Source: an uncultured Alphaproteobacteria bacterium (GTDB lineage: Bacteria; Pseudomonadota; Alphaproteobacteria; CACZRW01). Taken from it: a stretch of 36,168 nucleotides of DNA. The translations under genes and the position numbers were made by a program. Where the stretch lies: assembly GCA_944390645.1 (NCBI GenBank), contig CALXRE010000095.1:1-36168 (forward strand), read 5' to 3'. The notes below the pieces were generated by a model. That model made no database searches, was not told the DNA's origin, and saw only the letters and a list, made by a program, of their open reading frames with translations. Shown here piece by piece: positions 19,806 to 29,415 of the stretch; the first letter of the stretch is position 1; every line of letters starts with the position of its first letter.

Positions 19806-20951
19806 TTACATCGGAGGAGGGCGATTGCCTTCGCTTTTCTTAACACCTTTTTCTATATATTCTGAAATGATTTCATCTCCTTCTTTTAAACCTCCTACAA
19901 CCTCTATAAAACTATCATCTGAAAGACCTGTGGTGATAACTATAGGATCTATCTTTTCTCCGTTTAATTTATAAACTACTGCTTCTTCATATTTTAAACC
20001 TGAAGGCGGTATCGAAGAAACGTAACTACGAAGATTCGCTGGAAGTTTAAATTGTAACGCACTCTTAGGAATAACAGGAACTCCTTCCTTCTCATCTACA
20101 CTTATATTAACAAAAGCTGTCATGCCAGGTAAAAGCTTCTTATCTTCATTTTCTATATTAATGATAACTGTATAAATAACTACATTCGATTCCGTAGATG
20201 GATTTAAACGAATTTGACCTATCGTACCTTTAAAAGTATTGGCTGGATAAGCATCAACGGTAAAATCTGCTTCCATTCCACTCTTTATCATACCAATGTC
20301 TGCTTCTGATATACTGGTTTCTATCTGCATCTTGGTTAAATCTTCTGCTATCTGAAATAATGTCGGTGTGGAAAGACTGGCTGCTACTGTTTGTCCTACT
20401 TCTACTTCTTTCGAAATAATAGTACCATCAACTGGAGACGTTATTTGAGCATACCCTAAATTACGATTGGATTTATTCGCTGCTGCTATCGCTGAATCAT
20501 AGCTATACTGTGCATTCGCAAGAGATATCTCATATTCCTCTAACTCACTTTGAGAAATGTAACCTTCTTTAAATAATTCTTGATTCCTTTTTAAATTAAG
20601 TTCCGCTATCTTTAATTTTGATGAGGCTGTGTTAAGATTCGATTGCTTCTCTTTCGCATCCTCTTCTAGTAAGTATTTATCTAAAGATGCTATTAGTTGA
20701 CCTTCTTTTACTTCATCATTGTAATCAACAAAAATCTCCTCAATAATCCCTGATACTTGTGTACCTACTTCAACCACGTTCCTTGGTTGTATCGTTCCTG
20801 ATGAAGATATCTGTTTATGTACATAACCTTTCTCTACTCTTACCATCTCTAGCTTGTTTGATATCTTGTCTTTTGAAATGGTATAATAATACAAGTAAAA
20901 GGATAAACCGGATATGCAAATAATAAAAAATAAAATAAAAAACTTTTTCAT
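19806..20951 (-). CDS. Periplasmic adaptor (MacA-like membrane fusion protein)
   Basis: N-terminal TM anchor, VGTQVSG, ITSPVDG, GQTVAASLSTPTLF, FTVDAYP, LLPGMTA. Start moved to ATG 20951. Confidence 0.92.
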   Translation of the reverse strand: MKKFFILFFIICISGLSFYLYYYTISKDKISNKLEMVRVEKGYVHKQISSSGTIQPRNVVEVGTQVSGIIEEIFVDYNDEVKEGQLIASLDKYLLEEDAKEKQSNLNTASSKLKIAELNLKRNQELFKEGYISQSELEEYEISLANAQYSYDSAIAAANKSNRNLGYAQITSPVDGTIISKEVEVGQTVAASLSTPTLFQIAEDLTKMQIETSISEADIGMIKSGMEADFTVDAYPANTFKGTIGQIRLNPSTESNVVIYTVIINIENEDKKLLPGMTAFVNISVDEKEGVPVIPKSALQFKLPANLRSYVSSIPPSGLKYEEAVVYKLNGEKIDPIVITTGLSDDSFIEVVGGLKEGDEIISEYIEKGVKKSEGNRPPPM

Positions 20952-20952
20952 T

Positions 20953-22314
20953 TTACATCTCCATACTGCCAATCGATCGCAGTAAATCATTCTTGGTTAA
21001 AATAAGATTATAAAAAGCTGAAGTCTTCTCTTTCCTTGCTTCCGCTAATTTATATTGGGCATTCAAAAGATCAATAATGTTACCTTTGCCTGCTTTATAT
21101 GCTCCTAATGCTACTCGCTCGTTCTCTTCTGCACTCGCAAAAAGTTTCTTCGTAATTTCGTAATTCTTAATGCCTGTATTATAATTTTGATAGCTCTGCC
21201 ATACATCAAGACGTACGGAACTCTCACTCTCCGATACCCTAGCTTTGGCACTTTCGTAATTATATCTCTGCTTCGTTATGTTATAGGTGTTGCTAAAACC
21301 TGTAAATAAAGGAACGCTTAATCTTATACCTATACTGCTATTATAATTCTGCTCGTTCTCATTAAAATCATCATTTATTCCTAAACCACTTGTAAGATAA
21401 ATACTCGGATAATCTCCTGATTTCGCTTTCTCTAACGTTGCTTTTGATGCTTCTAATGATGCTTTCTGTGACTTTAAATCTTGTCTCTTTGCTAAAGCTT
21501 CCTGAATTAATTCTTCTACCTCTCCTGAAAATTTACCTGCTTCTGGATCTATTGTAACTTCTTCTAAGTCTAAATCCGTATATGCTGGAAGATTCAATAT
21601 TTCCGCTAATTCTCCTTTAGTCTTGGCTAAAGAATTAAAAGCTTCCGTCGTCGAAAGTTGACTTTGAGCATAAGATGTTTCTGCTTGTAATTTATCACTT
21701 AAACGAACAAGTCCTAAATCATAACGCTTGCTCGCTACTTCATAAGATTTTCTAAAAGCTTCTTCATTAACCATAACACTATTTAAAAGTTCCCTGGCTG
21801 ATAAAAGATTATAATACGCGTTAATAACTGAAAAAATAGTGTCTTGCATTAATTGATTGTGCGAAAAATTAGCTGCTTCCAAATTCTTTTTGGTGATAGC
21901 TACATCTGCTTGCCTGCCTCCAAAATCGTATATTAGCCAAGAAAGAGATATAGATGCTCCTGCATCGCTAGAGGATTGACTGCTTCCTCCTCCTATCTTG
22001 CTACTGTTATAACCTGTGTCTGCTTCGCCAGTTATACTTGGAAAATATGTCGATAAAGATTCTCCATAACTAGCTGCAGAGGCTTTTGCTTCCATATAAC
22101 TACGATTAAGTGTCGGATTGTTGCAAAGTGCTATCTCTATTAAATCGCTTAAAGAAAGTGAATGATTATCTATGTCTTCTTTTATACATTGTTTCGGTGT
22201 AGAAATATTACTTAAAACTGATAAAGGATCTGATATCCCTTCTTCTTCTGCTGCATAAGCAGTAAAAGTAATTGAAAAAAATAAAAAAACGAAAGAAATA
22301 AAAGTATTCTTCAT
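20953..22314 (-). CDS. TolC-family outer membrane efflux protein
   Basis: Signal peptide ending AYA, LSLSDLIEIALCNNP, WLIYDFGG, AYYNL, RYDLG, VPLFTG, AYKAG. Start moved to ATG 22314. Confidence 0.9.
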   Translation of the reverse strand: MKNTFISFVFLFFSITFTAYAAEEEGISDPLSVLSNISTPKQCIKEDIDNHSLSLSDLIEIALCNNPTLNRSYMEAKASAASYGESLSTYFPSITGEADTGYNSSKIGGGSSQSSSDAGASISLSWLIYDFGGRQADVAITKKNLEAANFSHNQLMQDTIFSVINAYYNLLSARELLNSVMVNEEAFRKSYEVASKRYDLGLVRLSDKLQAETSYAQSQLSTTEAFNSLAKTKGELAEILNLPAYTDLDLEEVTIDPEAGKFSGEVEELIQEALAKRQDLKSQKASLEASKATLEKAKSGDYPSIYLTSGLGINDDFNENEQNYNSSIGIRLSVPLFTGFSNTYNITKQRYNYESAKARVSESESSVRLDVWQSYQNYNTGIKNYEITKKLFASAEENERVALGAYKAGKGNIIDLLNAQYKLAEARKEKTSAFYNLILTKNDLLRSIGSMEM

Positions 22315-22455
22315 TTTGATAGTCCGTTTAGGTTTAACCATTAAAAGTAATATAAATTTAGTTAATAAAAAGTAACCCATACTCCTTATTAACGATGCTA
22401 TTTTCTCTTTAGTTCAAAATTATTTTTATTAAAAATTTTTATAAACTTAGGTTAA

Positions 22456-24210
22456 TTAAAGTAAAAGGGCTATTCCTTGAGAGTTATACATAAGTGCTTT
22501 TACTCCTGATCTCCTTAAAAGATCTTCGTTAATTAGATGCTTATCTTTTAGCTCTAGTCTATACTTATCTTTCCCTAGTGATGTTGTTGTTAGTACGTTG
22601 GATTCTCCTCCTAAACCTTCTATAACCTCTTTTGAAAAAGCGATCTCTTTAGAATAGGTGTTCTCTTCTTCTGTTTCATTCTCTATCTTTAAATAGGCTT
22701 CCATATCACTCTTGAGATTCTCTGATAAAGTACCAAAAATAGCTTGAATGTTATTCCCTATCTCTACAACTCCACTTGCTCCAAGTGACTTTAAGCGTTC
22801 TTTGTTTACTTTGCTCGTCTCTTTAACCCCTAAACGTAAACGCGTGATACAGGCATCTAATGAAAGAATGTTATCTTTACCTCCAAAAGCTTGAACTAAA
22901 CTTCTTCCCATGCCTATCTTATCTTCCGCATTGTTCGTCGGCATAATCTCTTCACTTGTCGTAACAAGTAAATCTTCTCGACCAGGTGTCTTTAAATTTA
23001 AAAACTTAATAAGAAGACTGAAAACTATAAAATACAGTATCCCATAACAAGGTCCTAAAATAAAAACAAGCCATGGTTTTGTATCAATCGCATAGTAAAG
23101 AGCAAAATCTATTGCTCCTTGTGAAAAAGTATAGCCTATATGCGCTCCCATAAAATTCATAAGCGCAAAAGCTGTACCCGTCATAATGGCATGAACAAAA
23201 TAAAGTAGAGGAGCAGCAAATAAAAAAGCAAATTCTAAAGGCTCGGTTATCCCTGTTAAAAAGGCCGTTAAAGCCGCTGAAAACATTATACTGCCAACTT
23301 TAGTACGATTCTCTGGTTTCGCTGATCGCCAAATCGCAAACGCTGCAGCTGGAAGTCCAAACATCTTTATTAAAAAACCTCCGCTAAGAATACCTGCTGT
23401 CGGATCCCCTGCAAAAAAACGATTTATATCTCCATGAATAAGCTTTCCTGAAGGAGATATGTATTCTCCTATTTCAAAAAAGAAAGGCGCATTCCAAATA
23501 TGATGCAAACCAAAAGGAAGTAAAAGCCTCTCTATAAAACCATATGTAGCTCCAGCTAACGCTGGATTTGAATATGCTGCCCAATGGGAAAACTTGTCTA
23601 TGTAGGATTGTATAGGAGGCCAAATTATACTTAAAAATACACCTAAAGCTATCGCGGCAAAACAGGTAATAATCGGAACAAACCTTTTCCCTGCAAAAAA
23701 ACCTAAATAAGACGGAAGGTTTATACGATAATACTTGTTAAACATAAAACCAGCTATACAACCAATGAAAATACCTCCAAAAACTCCTGTCTGAATGGTC
23801 TTTATCCCATCTACTTCTGATATTATCTTCTTCGCAAACTCTGAATCATAATTAAAAAACTCTGAAAGAACACCTAAGGTACCTGTGTCCGTATACCAAA
23901 AAATATCTACCATAACTCCCATCGTAGCTTGTAAAACTAAAAAACCACAAACAGAAGCTAATGCAGCTGCTCCATCATTCTCTGTAAGACCTAGTGCTGT
24001 TCCTATCGCAAAAATAAGTGGCATGTTATCAAATATAACACTCCCACTCATCGCCATGATTTCTGGAATAACAGCTGGAATCCATTCTATCTCTGAGTTA
24101 AGAATACCTGTACCTACTCCTAAAAGAATGCCTGCAACAGGTAAAACCGCTACAGGAAGCATTAAGGATTTACCTATCTTTTGTAAAAAGCTGAATATAA
24201 CTTTCCCCAT
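22456..24210 (-). CDS. ptsG: PTS glucose-family EIICB (PtsG-like) with an extra C-terminal degenerate EIIB-like domain
   Basis: LQKIGKSLMLPVAVLPVAGILLG, LLPFGLHHIWN, GITEPLEF, LKTPGRED linker, GGKDNILSLDACITRLR with the phospho-accepting Cys. Glucose specificity is inferred; GlcNAc is not excluded. Confidence 0.85.
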   Translation of the reverse strand: MGKVIFSFLQKIGKSLMLPVAVLPVAGILLGVGTGILNSEIEWIPAVIPEIMAMSGSVIFDNMPLIFAIGTALGLTENDGAAALASVCGFLVLQATMGVMVDIFWYTDTGTLGVLSEFFNYDSEFAKKIISEVDGIKTIQTGVFGGIFIGCIAGFMFNKYYRINLPSYLGFFAGKRFVPIITCFAAIALGVFLSIIWPPIQSYIDKFSHWAAYSNPALAGATYGFIERLLLPFGLHHIWNAPFFFEIGEYISPSGKLIHGDINRFFAGDPTAGILSGGFLIKMFGLPAAAFAIWRSAKPENRTKVGSIMFSAALTAFLTGITEPLEFAFLFAAPLLYFVHAIMTGTAFALMNFMGAHIGYTFSQGAIDFALYYAIDTKPWLVFILGPCYGILYFIVFSLLIKFLNLKTPGREDLLVTTSEEIMPTNNAEDKIGMGRSLVQAFGGKDNILSLDACITRLRLGVKETSKVNKERLKSLGASGVVEIGNNIQAIFGTLSENLKSDMEAYLKIENETEEENTYSKEIAFSKEVIEGLGGESNVLTTTSLGKDKYRLELKDKHLINEDLLRRSGVKALMYNSQGIALLL

Positions 24211-24224
24211 CTTTGCTCCTTATT

Positions 24225-26789
24225 TTAAAAATCCTTGAATACCTTATCTAACTTCTCTTTAATTGAACTTGCTGTATGTAACTCTAAAAGCTCTCCTGAT
24301 AAATTTGCCATATCCTTAAAATTAAGCTCTCTAATCCTTTGTTTTACTTTTGGTATTAATGGTGCTGCAACACTTAGTTCATCTACTCCTAAACCTACTA
24401 AAATAGGTACAGCTCTTAAATCTCCTGCCATACCTCCACATACACCTACAAATCTTCCATATTTGTGCGCTCCATTAACGGTCTTTTGAATCAAACGCAA
24501 TACCGCAGGATGAAAACTATCTGAAATGCTTGATAAAGCAGGATTACCCCTGTCCATCGCAAGAGTGTATTGCGTTAAATCATTCGTGCCTAAAGAAAAG
24601 AAATCCGCTATTTCTGCAAACTCTTCTATCATAATGGCGGCGGAAGGAACCTCTACCATAATCCCTATCTTTACACTTAATCCCTCTTTTAATAAACTCT
24701 TCTCTTCTTCAACTATCGCTTTCGCTTCTTCAAATTCTTTTATCCGACTAATCATTGGAAACATTATATGTAAATCACTAAAAGAGACCGCTCTCAAAAT
24801 ACCTCTTATCTGTGTACGAAAAAGTTCTGGCTTCGATAAACTTAAACGAATTCCCCTTACTCCAAGAAAAGGATTCTCTTCTTTTGCCATCTCTAAATAT
24901 GAAAGATTCTTATCTCCTCCTACATCAAGAGTTCTAATTATAAGTTTCCTATCTTTGCCAACAGCTTGTGCTATATCCTTATATACTGTCGCTTGCTCTT
25001 CCTCCGTAGGAGCTTCTTCTCGATTTAAAAACAAAAACTCTGAACGTAAAAGACCTATACCTTCTCCTCCTAACCTCAAAACTTCTTTAACATCTGTTAA
25101 ATTGCCTATATTACCTCCTACTTCTATCCGCTTACCGTCTGTCGTAATAGCTGGTTTATTCGCATCTGCAAGATTCTCCTCATAATGCTTCTTTTCTTCT
25201 GCTTGAAGCTTACTCATCTTTATAACTTCTTCCTGAGATGGATTAACTATTAAAAATCCACTTGTGCCATTGATAATGGCTTTAGTACCTTCGGGTATCT
25301 TTAAAACTTCTTCCCCAGCCCCTGTAATCGCTGGAATGCCTAATGTCCGAGCTAAAATAGAAACATGAGATGTCGAACCACCATGCGTTGTGCAAATACC
25401 AGATATCTTATCTTTCTCTAAACTTGCTGTTTCTGATGGTGTTATTTCTTCTGCTATAATTATCGAATTGTCTGGAATTAAACTAGTTCCTTCTTCCTTG
25501 CCAATTAAAATATTAACTACTCTTTTGTTGATGTCTCTTAAATCAGTCGCTCTTCCTGCTAGTAAATCATTGTTTAATCTTGTAAGATTATCTGCTTGTT
25601 CTTTGGTAACTCTATCCCATGCGTATTCAGCACTTCTTCCTTCTTTAATTAAATTATACGCTGTTTCCTTTAATTCTGGATCCGCAAGAAGTTCTTTATG
25701 GGCAAGAAAAATTTCTGCTTCATTGGCTTTTGTCTTCTTCTTCATGTCTTGATAAACTGCTTCTAATTGCTTATCTGCTTCTATAAGAGCTTTATCTAAA
25801 CGTGCCTTCTCTTCTTCAAAATTCGATGAATCATCTGAATAGGTTTTGCTAGATTCATAAAAATGATGGATAAATCCTACAGCTATACCATCTGAAGAGC
25901 CTATACCTTTAATCGTTCCAGAAAAATCCTCTGAAACATTTAATCCTGTTACTTCCCTTGTTTTACTTACTTCTTTCCCCTTATTCTCTATCTTTCCTTC
26001 TTCTCCTCCTTCCCCTAAACCGGCTTCTATAAGCGGAATTAATACAAATAGAGCTTCTTCTGAATCTTCTCCTGTAGCTTGAAGCTTAATCCTATCTTTA
26101 TACCCTATATTTAAACCCATAATCGAAACTACGCTTTTAGCATTAGCTGTCTTATCTCCTAAGATAAGTCTTATATCTGATTTAAACTTCTTTGCTTCTG
26201 ATGCTAATAAAGCTGCTGGTCTCGCATGAAAACCTGTCGGATTCGTTACTGTAATCTCCCAAGATGTTATTTCCATAGTTCTGTTAGTATCTGAAATATT
26301 TTCTTTTTCTTTAATCGTAACACTAAAAATAATGTCTTCTCCTACGGTGACTTGCTTGCTTGTTATACCTTCTATCTTTAAATCCTTATCTGGAGAACTT
26401 ACAATTATTTCTGTTAAAATACTCTTGGCTCGTTGTGAAATATAATTAATATCAAAGGATATTAAAGGATCTCCTTTTTCTACCTCTTTCCCTTCTTCCG
26501 TCTTTAAATGAAAACCTTCTCCCTTTAAATTTACAGTATCAAGACCGATATGCATTAAAACATCTATTCCTTTTTCACTTCTTATCGTAATCGCATGATG
26601 TGATGGATGAATGTTCGTAACTTTACCTGAACAAGGAGCTTTTAAAATATCACTCGTCGGATCTATTGATATACCATCTCCTACTAATTTTTGTGAAAAA
26701 ACTAAATCTGGAACCTCCTTAAGATCAACTGTATGCCCACTTAATGGGGCGTATAAAACCAAAATTGGTTCTTTGGTATCTTTCGTCAT
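24225..26789 (-). CDS. Multiphosphoryl transfer protein: EIIA(Glc-type)-HPr-Enzyme I fusion
   Basis: EIIA (PDLVFSQKLVGDG, HAIT, LMHIGLDTV); HPr (GFHARPA, NAKS); EI (GGSTSHVSILAR, GLLRSEFLF, RTLDVGGDK, EENPFLGVRGIR, GTNDLTQY, GVCG). Confidence 0.93.
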   Translation of the reverse strand: MTKDTKEPILVLYAPLSGHTVDLKEVPDLVFSQKLVGDGISIDPTSDILKAPCSGKVTNIHPSHHAITIRSEKGIDVLMHIGLDTVNLKGEGFHLKTEEGKEVEKGDPLISFDINYISQRAKSILTEIIVSSPDKDLKIEGITSKQVTVGEDIIFSVTIKEKENISDTNRTMEITSWEITVTNPTGFHARPAALLASEAKKFKSDIRLILGDKTANAKSVVSIMGLNIGYKDRIKLQATGEDSEEALFVLIPLIEAGLGEGGEEGKIENKGKEVSKTREVTGLNVSEDFSGTIKGIGSSDGIAVGFIHHFYESSKTYSDDSSNFEEEKARLDKALIEADKQLEAVYQDMKKKTKANEAEIFLAHKELLADPELKETAYNLIKEGRSAEYAWDRVTKEQADNLTRLNNDLLAGRATDLRDINKRVVNILIGKEEGTSLIPDNSIIIAEEITPSETASLEKDKISGICTTHGGSTSHVSILARTLGIPAITGAGEEVLKIPEGTKAIINGTSGFLIVNPSQEEVIKMSKLQAEEKKHYEENLADANKPAITTDGKRIEVGGNIGNLTDVKEVLRLGGEGIGLLRSEFLFLNREEAPTEEEQATVYKDIAQAVGKDRKLIIRTLDVGGDKNLSYLEMAKEENPFLGVRGIRLSLSKPELFRTQIRGILRAVSFSDLHIMFPMISRIKEFEEAKAIVEEEKSLLKEGLSVKIGIMVEVPSAAIMIEEFAEIADFFSLGTNDLTQYTLAMDRGNPALSSISDSFHPAVLRLIQKTVNGAHKYGRFVGVCGGMAGDLRAVPILVGLGVDELSVAAPLIPKVKQRIRELNFKDMANLSGELLELHTASSIKEKLDKVFKDF

Positions 26790-27053
26790 AAACAGGCTCC
26801 TTCTTTTTCCCTTGAATTCCTTACATTTTTAACAAATGTATAATTAATACTACCTAGCCGTTCGATTAGCTTTTATTATTTTTATTCTTATAGCTTCTCC
26901 TTAAATCTATTCCTAATCTAATATAATATTAAAATCAGTAGTTATTTACGATAGTTTTTATATCTATATAGCTTATTTGATTAGATATTTGTTAATAAAA
27001 AAAAGATAAAATTAAAACACATAACGTTCTTTTATTAATTAGTAAGGCTAAAA

Positions 27054-29411
27054 ATGTCCCATATCCCACCTTTAATCATAGATTTAGTGATTATCCTTGC
27101 TTATGCTGGAGTTATTACTTTAATCTTTAAATGGATAAAACAACCTGTCGTACTTGGATATGTGCTCGCTGGAATCTTAGTCGGTCCTTACTTGGATTTC
27201 CTCCCCTCAGTTACAGATAACGATAATATCACTATATGGGCAGAAATAGGCGTGATCTTCTTGTTATTCGGTCTAGGCTTAGAGTTCAGTTTTAAAAAAA
27301 TCGTAAATGTTGGAAAAACTGCAATCATAACCGCTACAACAAATATACTGTTTATGCTCATAATCGGTTATAATCTAGGTCTCTTGTTAGGATGGACGGC
27401 TATTGATAGTTTATTCCTCGGCGGAATGCTTTCTATGTCTTCAACTACTATTATCATTAAAGCCTTTGAAGACTTAGGTTTGAAAAAACAAAAATTTACT
27501 AACTTGGTCTTCGGTGTGTTAGTGGTAGAAGATGTGGTCGGAATCCTTCTCCTCGTCCTCTTGCCAACTATTGCGCTAAGTCAAAATGTTAACCAAGTTG
27601 AATTATTAGAAAGTAGTCTGAAATTATTCTTCTTCCTTATTCTTTGGTTCGTCGTAGGAATATATTTAGTGCCTACTTTTATAAAAAAAATTAATCATCT
27701 CCTTAATGATGAAATCCTCTTAATTGTATCTGTAGCTATGTGCTTGGGAATGGTCTTATTAGCTACAACTGCAGGCTTCTCTACTGCTTTGGGCGCTTTT
27801 ATCATGGGATCTATTCTCGCTGAAACTAATGTCGTGGAAAGAATTGAACAGGTTATTAAACCTGTAAAAGATCTATTTGGAGCTATTTTCTTCGTCTCCG
27901 TAGGAATGATGGTAGATCCTGAAATGTTCTTTACTTATGCAACTCCTATAATTATTATTACTATTATTGTAATCGTTGGAAAAATCTCTTTCTCTTGCTT
28001 GGGATTTATGCTCTCTTCTCAACCCCTAAAAACTTCTATTCATTGTGGTTTTAGTCTCGCTCAAGTCGGAGAATTCGCTTTTATTATCGCAGCTTTAGGT
28101 ATGAGTATCGGCGTATTGAGTGATTATGTATATCCTATTATTGTGGCTGTCTCTGTAATCACAACTTTTACTACTCCTTTAATGATAAAAGTAGCCGATC
28201 CTGTATATAATAAATTAAATACTATATTGCCTAAATCTTGGAAAAATTTCTTAAACCGAAATACTTCTTCTGATCCTGAAACTAAAATCGAAAAAAGTAA
28301 TTGGCAACGCTTGTTTAAAATGTACTTCTCTCGATTGTTTTTATTCTCTATTGTTATTGTTGGAATTATATATGTTTCCTTTACTATATTGCAGCCCATT
28401 ATCCAACAAAAAATACCTAATATTGAAGGAAGAATATTCCTTACTTCTATTACGCTCTTATTCATGGCTCCTTTCTTAAGAGCTCTACTCCTAAGCAGAT
28501 ATAATATGCCTGAACTCTTCTTTACTCTTTGGTTGGAGAAAAAAACTAATCGGCTACCTTTGATTATGTTAATGAGTTTCCGTATCCTTATCGCCGCTTT
28601 CTTCGTTATGTTGGTCGTACATCAACTCTTAACTATTCATGCTGGTGTCATAATTGCCATGGTTCTTATTACTTTAATTGTCTTGTCTAGATCTAAATGG
28701 ATGTTTACCCAATATATGAAAATCGAAACACAGTTTTTGATGAACCTTAATCGAAAACAAGTAGAACATCAGCAGGAAAATATGAATCCTAAATATAATA
28801 GAATTGCTGATGATGAAGAATGGTTAGATAGTAGCTTGGTCGTAGCTCAGTTCGTTGTTGAGGATAATTCTGAATGTAATGAAAAAACTCTCTCTGAATT
28901 GTTATTTAGAGAACATTATGCTATTAATATTTTTAAAATAATCCGCGATAAACACTATATAGACGTACCTAGAGGAAATGAAAAAATATTCCAAGGCGAT
29001 TGTTTATTAGCGGTTGCAACAGAAAAACAAATGCGAAGATTTAAACTCGCTATGATTACAAAAGGAATTATTCAAGAAAATATATCTGATTCTGAAAATT
29101 ATGTGGTTAGTCTTCGTGAATACGTCTTAAATCAAGAAAAATATAACGGACGAAATGATGACATTTTATTATGTTGCGCTATCCCCGTAGAAGAAACTTC
29201 AAGTCTTGCTGGAAACAGTATAAACGATTCTGACATCAGAGGTAAAACTAAGTGCCTCGTTGTTGGGGTGGAACGAAAGTCTTCTTTATTCGTTAATCCT
29301 GAAGTCTCTTTTGTTTTTAAAGTCGGTGATTTGGTCTGGATGGTCGGTGAACAGAAAATTATAAGTCAAAATGTATTCCATGAAATGTTATTGCAAGATA
29401 AAGCTACTTAA
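27054..29411 (+). CDS. CPA2-family cation:proton antiporter with C-terminal TrkA-C (RCK_C)-like domains
   Basis: QPVVLGYVLAG, GVIFLLFGLGLEF, SMSSTTII, VEDVVG, FFVSVGM, LAQVGEFAF, extra TM block, then two soluble repeats (INIFKIIR..; LVVGVERK..NP..FKVGD). Confidence 0.85.
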   Translation: MSHIPPLIIDLVIILAYAGVITLIFKWIKQPVVLGYVLAGILVGPYLDFLPSVTDNDNITIWAEIGVIFLLFGLGLEFSFKKIVNVGKTAIITATTNILFMLIIGYNLGLLLGWTAIDSLFLGGMLSMSSTTIIIKAFEDLGLKKQKFTNLVFGVLVVEDVVGILLLVLLPTIALSQNVNQVELLESSLKLFFFLILWFVVGIYLVPTFIKKINHLLNDEILLIVSVAMCLGMVLLATTAGFSTALGAFIMGSILAETNVVERIEQVIKPVKDLFGAIFFVSVGMMVDPEMFFTYATPIIIITIIVIVGKISFSCLGFMLSSQPLKTSIHCGFSLAQVGEFAFIIAALGMSIGVLSDYVYPIIVAVSVITTFTTPLMIKVADPVYNKLNTILPKSWKNFLNRNTSSDPETKIEKSNWQRLFKMYFSRLFLFSIVIVGIIYVSFTILQPIIQQKIPNIEGRIFLTSITLLFMAPFLRALLLSRYNMPELFFTLWLEKKTNRLPLIMLMSFRILIAAFFVMLVVHQLLTIHAGVIIAMVLITLIVLSRSKWMFTQYMKIETQFLMNLNRKQVEHQQENMNPKYNRIADDEEWLDSSLVVAQFVVEDNSECNEKTLSELLFREHYAINIFKIIRDKHYIDVPRGNEKIFQGDCLLAVATEKQMRRFKLAMITKGIIQENISDSENYVVSLREYVLNQEKYNGRNDDILLCCAIPVEETSSLAGNSINDSDIRGKTKCLVVGVERKSSLFVNPEVSFVFKVGDLVWMVGEQKIISQNVFHEMLLQDKAT

Positions 29412-29415
29412 AAAA

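Noticed and set aside
22334-22341. TTAACCAT CtrA half-site upstream of the tolC-like gene
   Set aside because: The same 8-mer also occurs inside coding sequence in this window, and no second half-site is correctly spaced.
24235-26832. Several + strand ORFs (84, 219, 120 and 73 aa) opposite the PTS fusion gene
   Set aside because: Ser/Pro/Ile-rich mirror of the sense codons, interrupted by stops, with no independent evidence.
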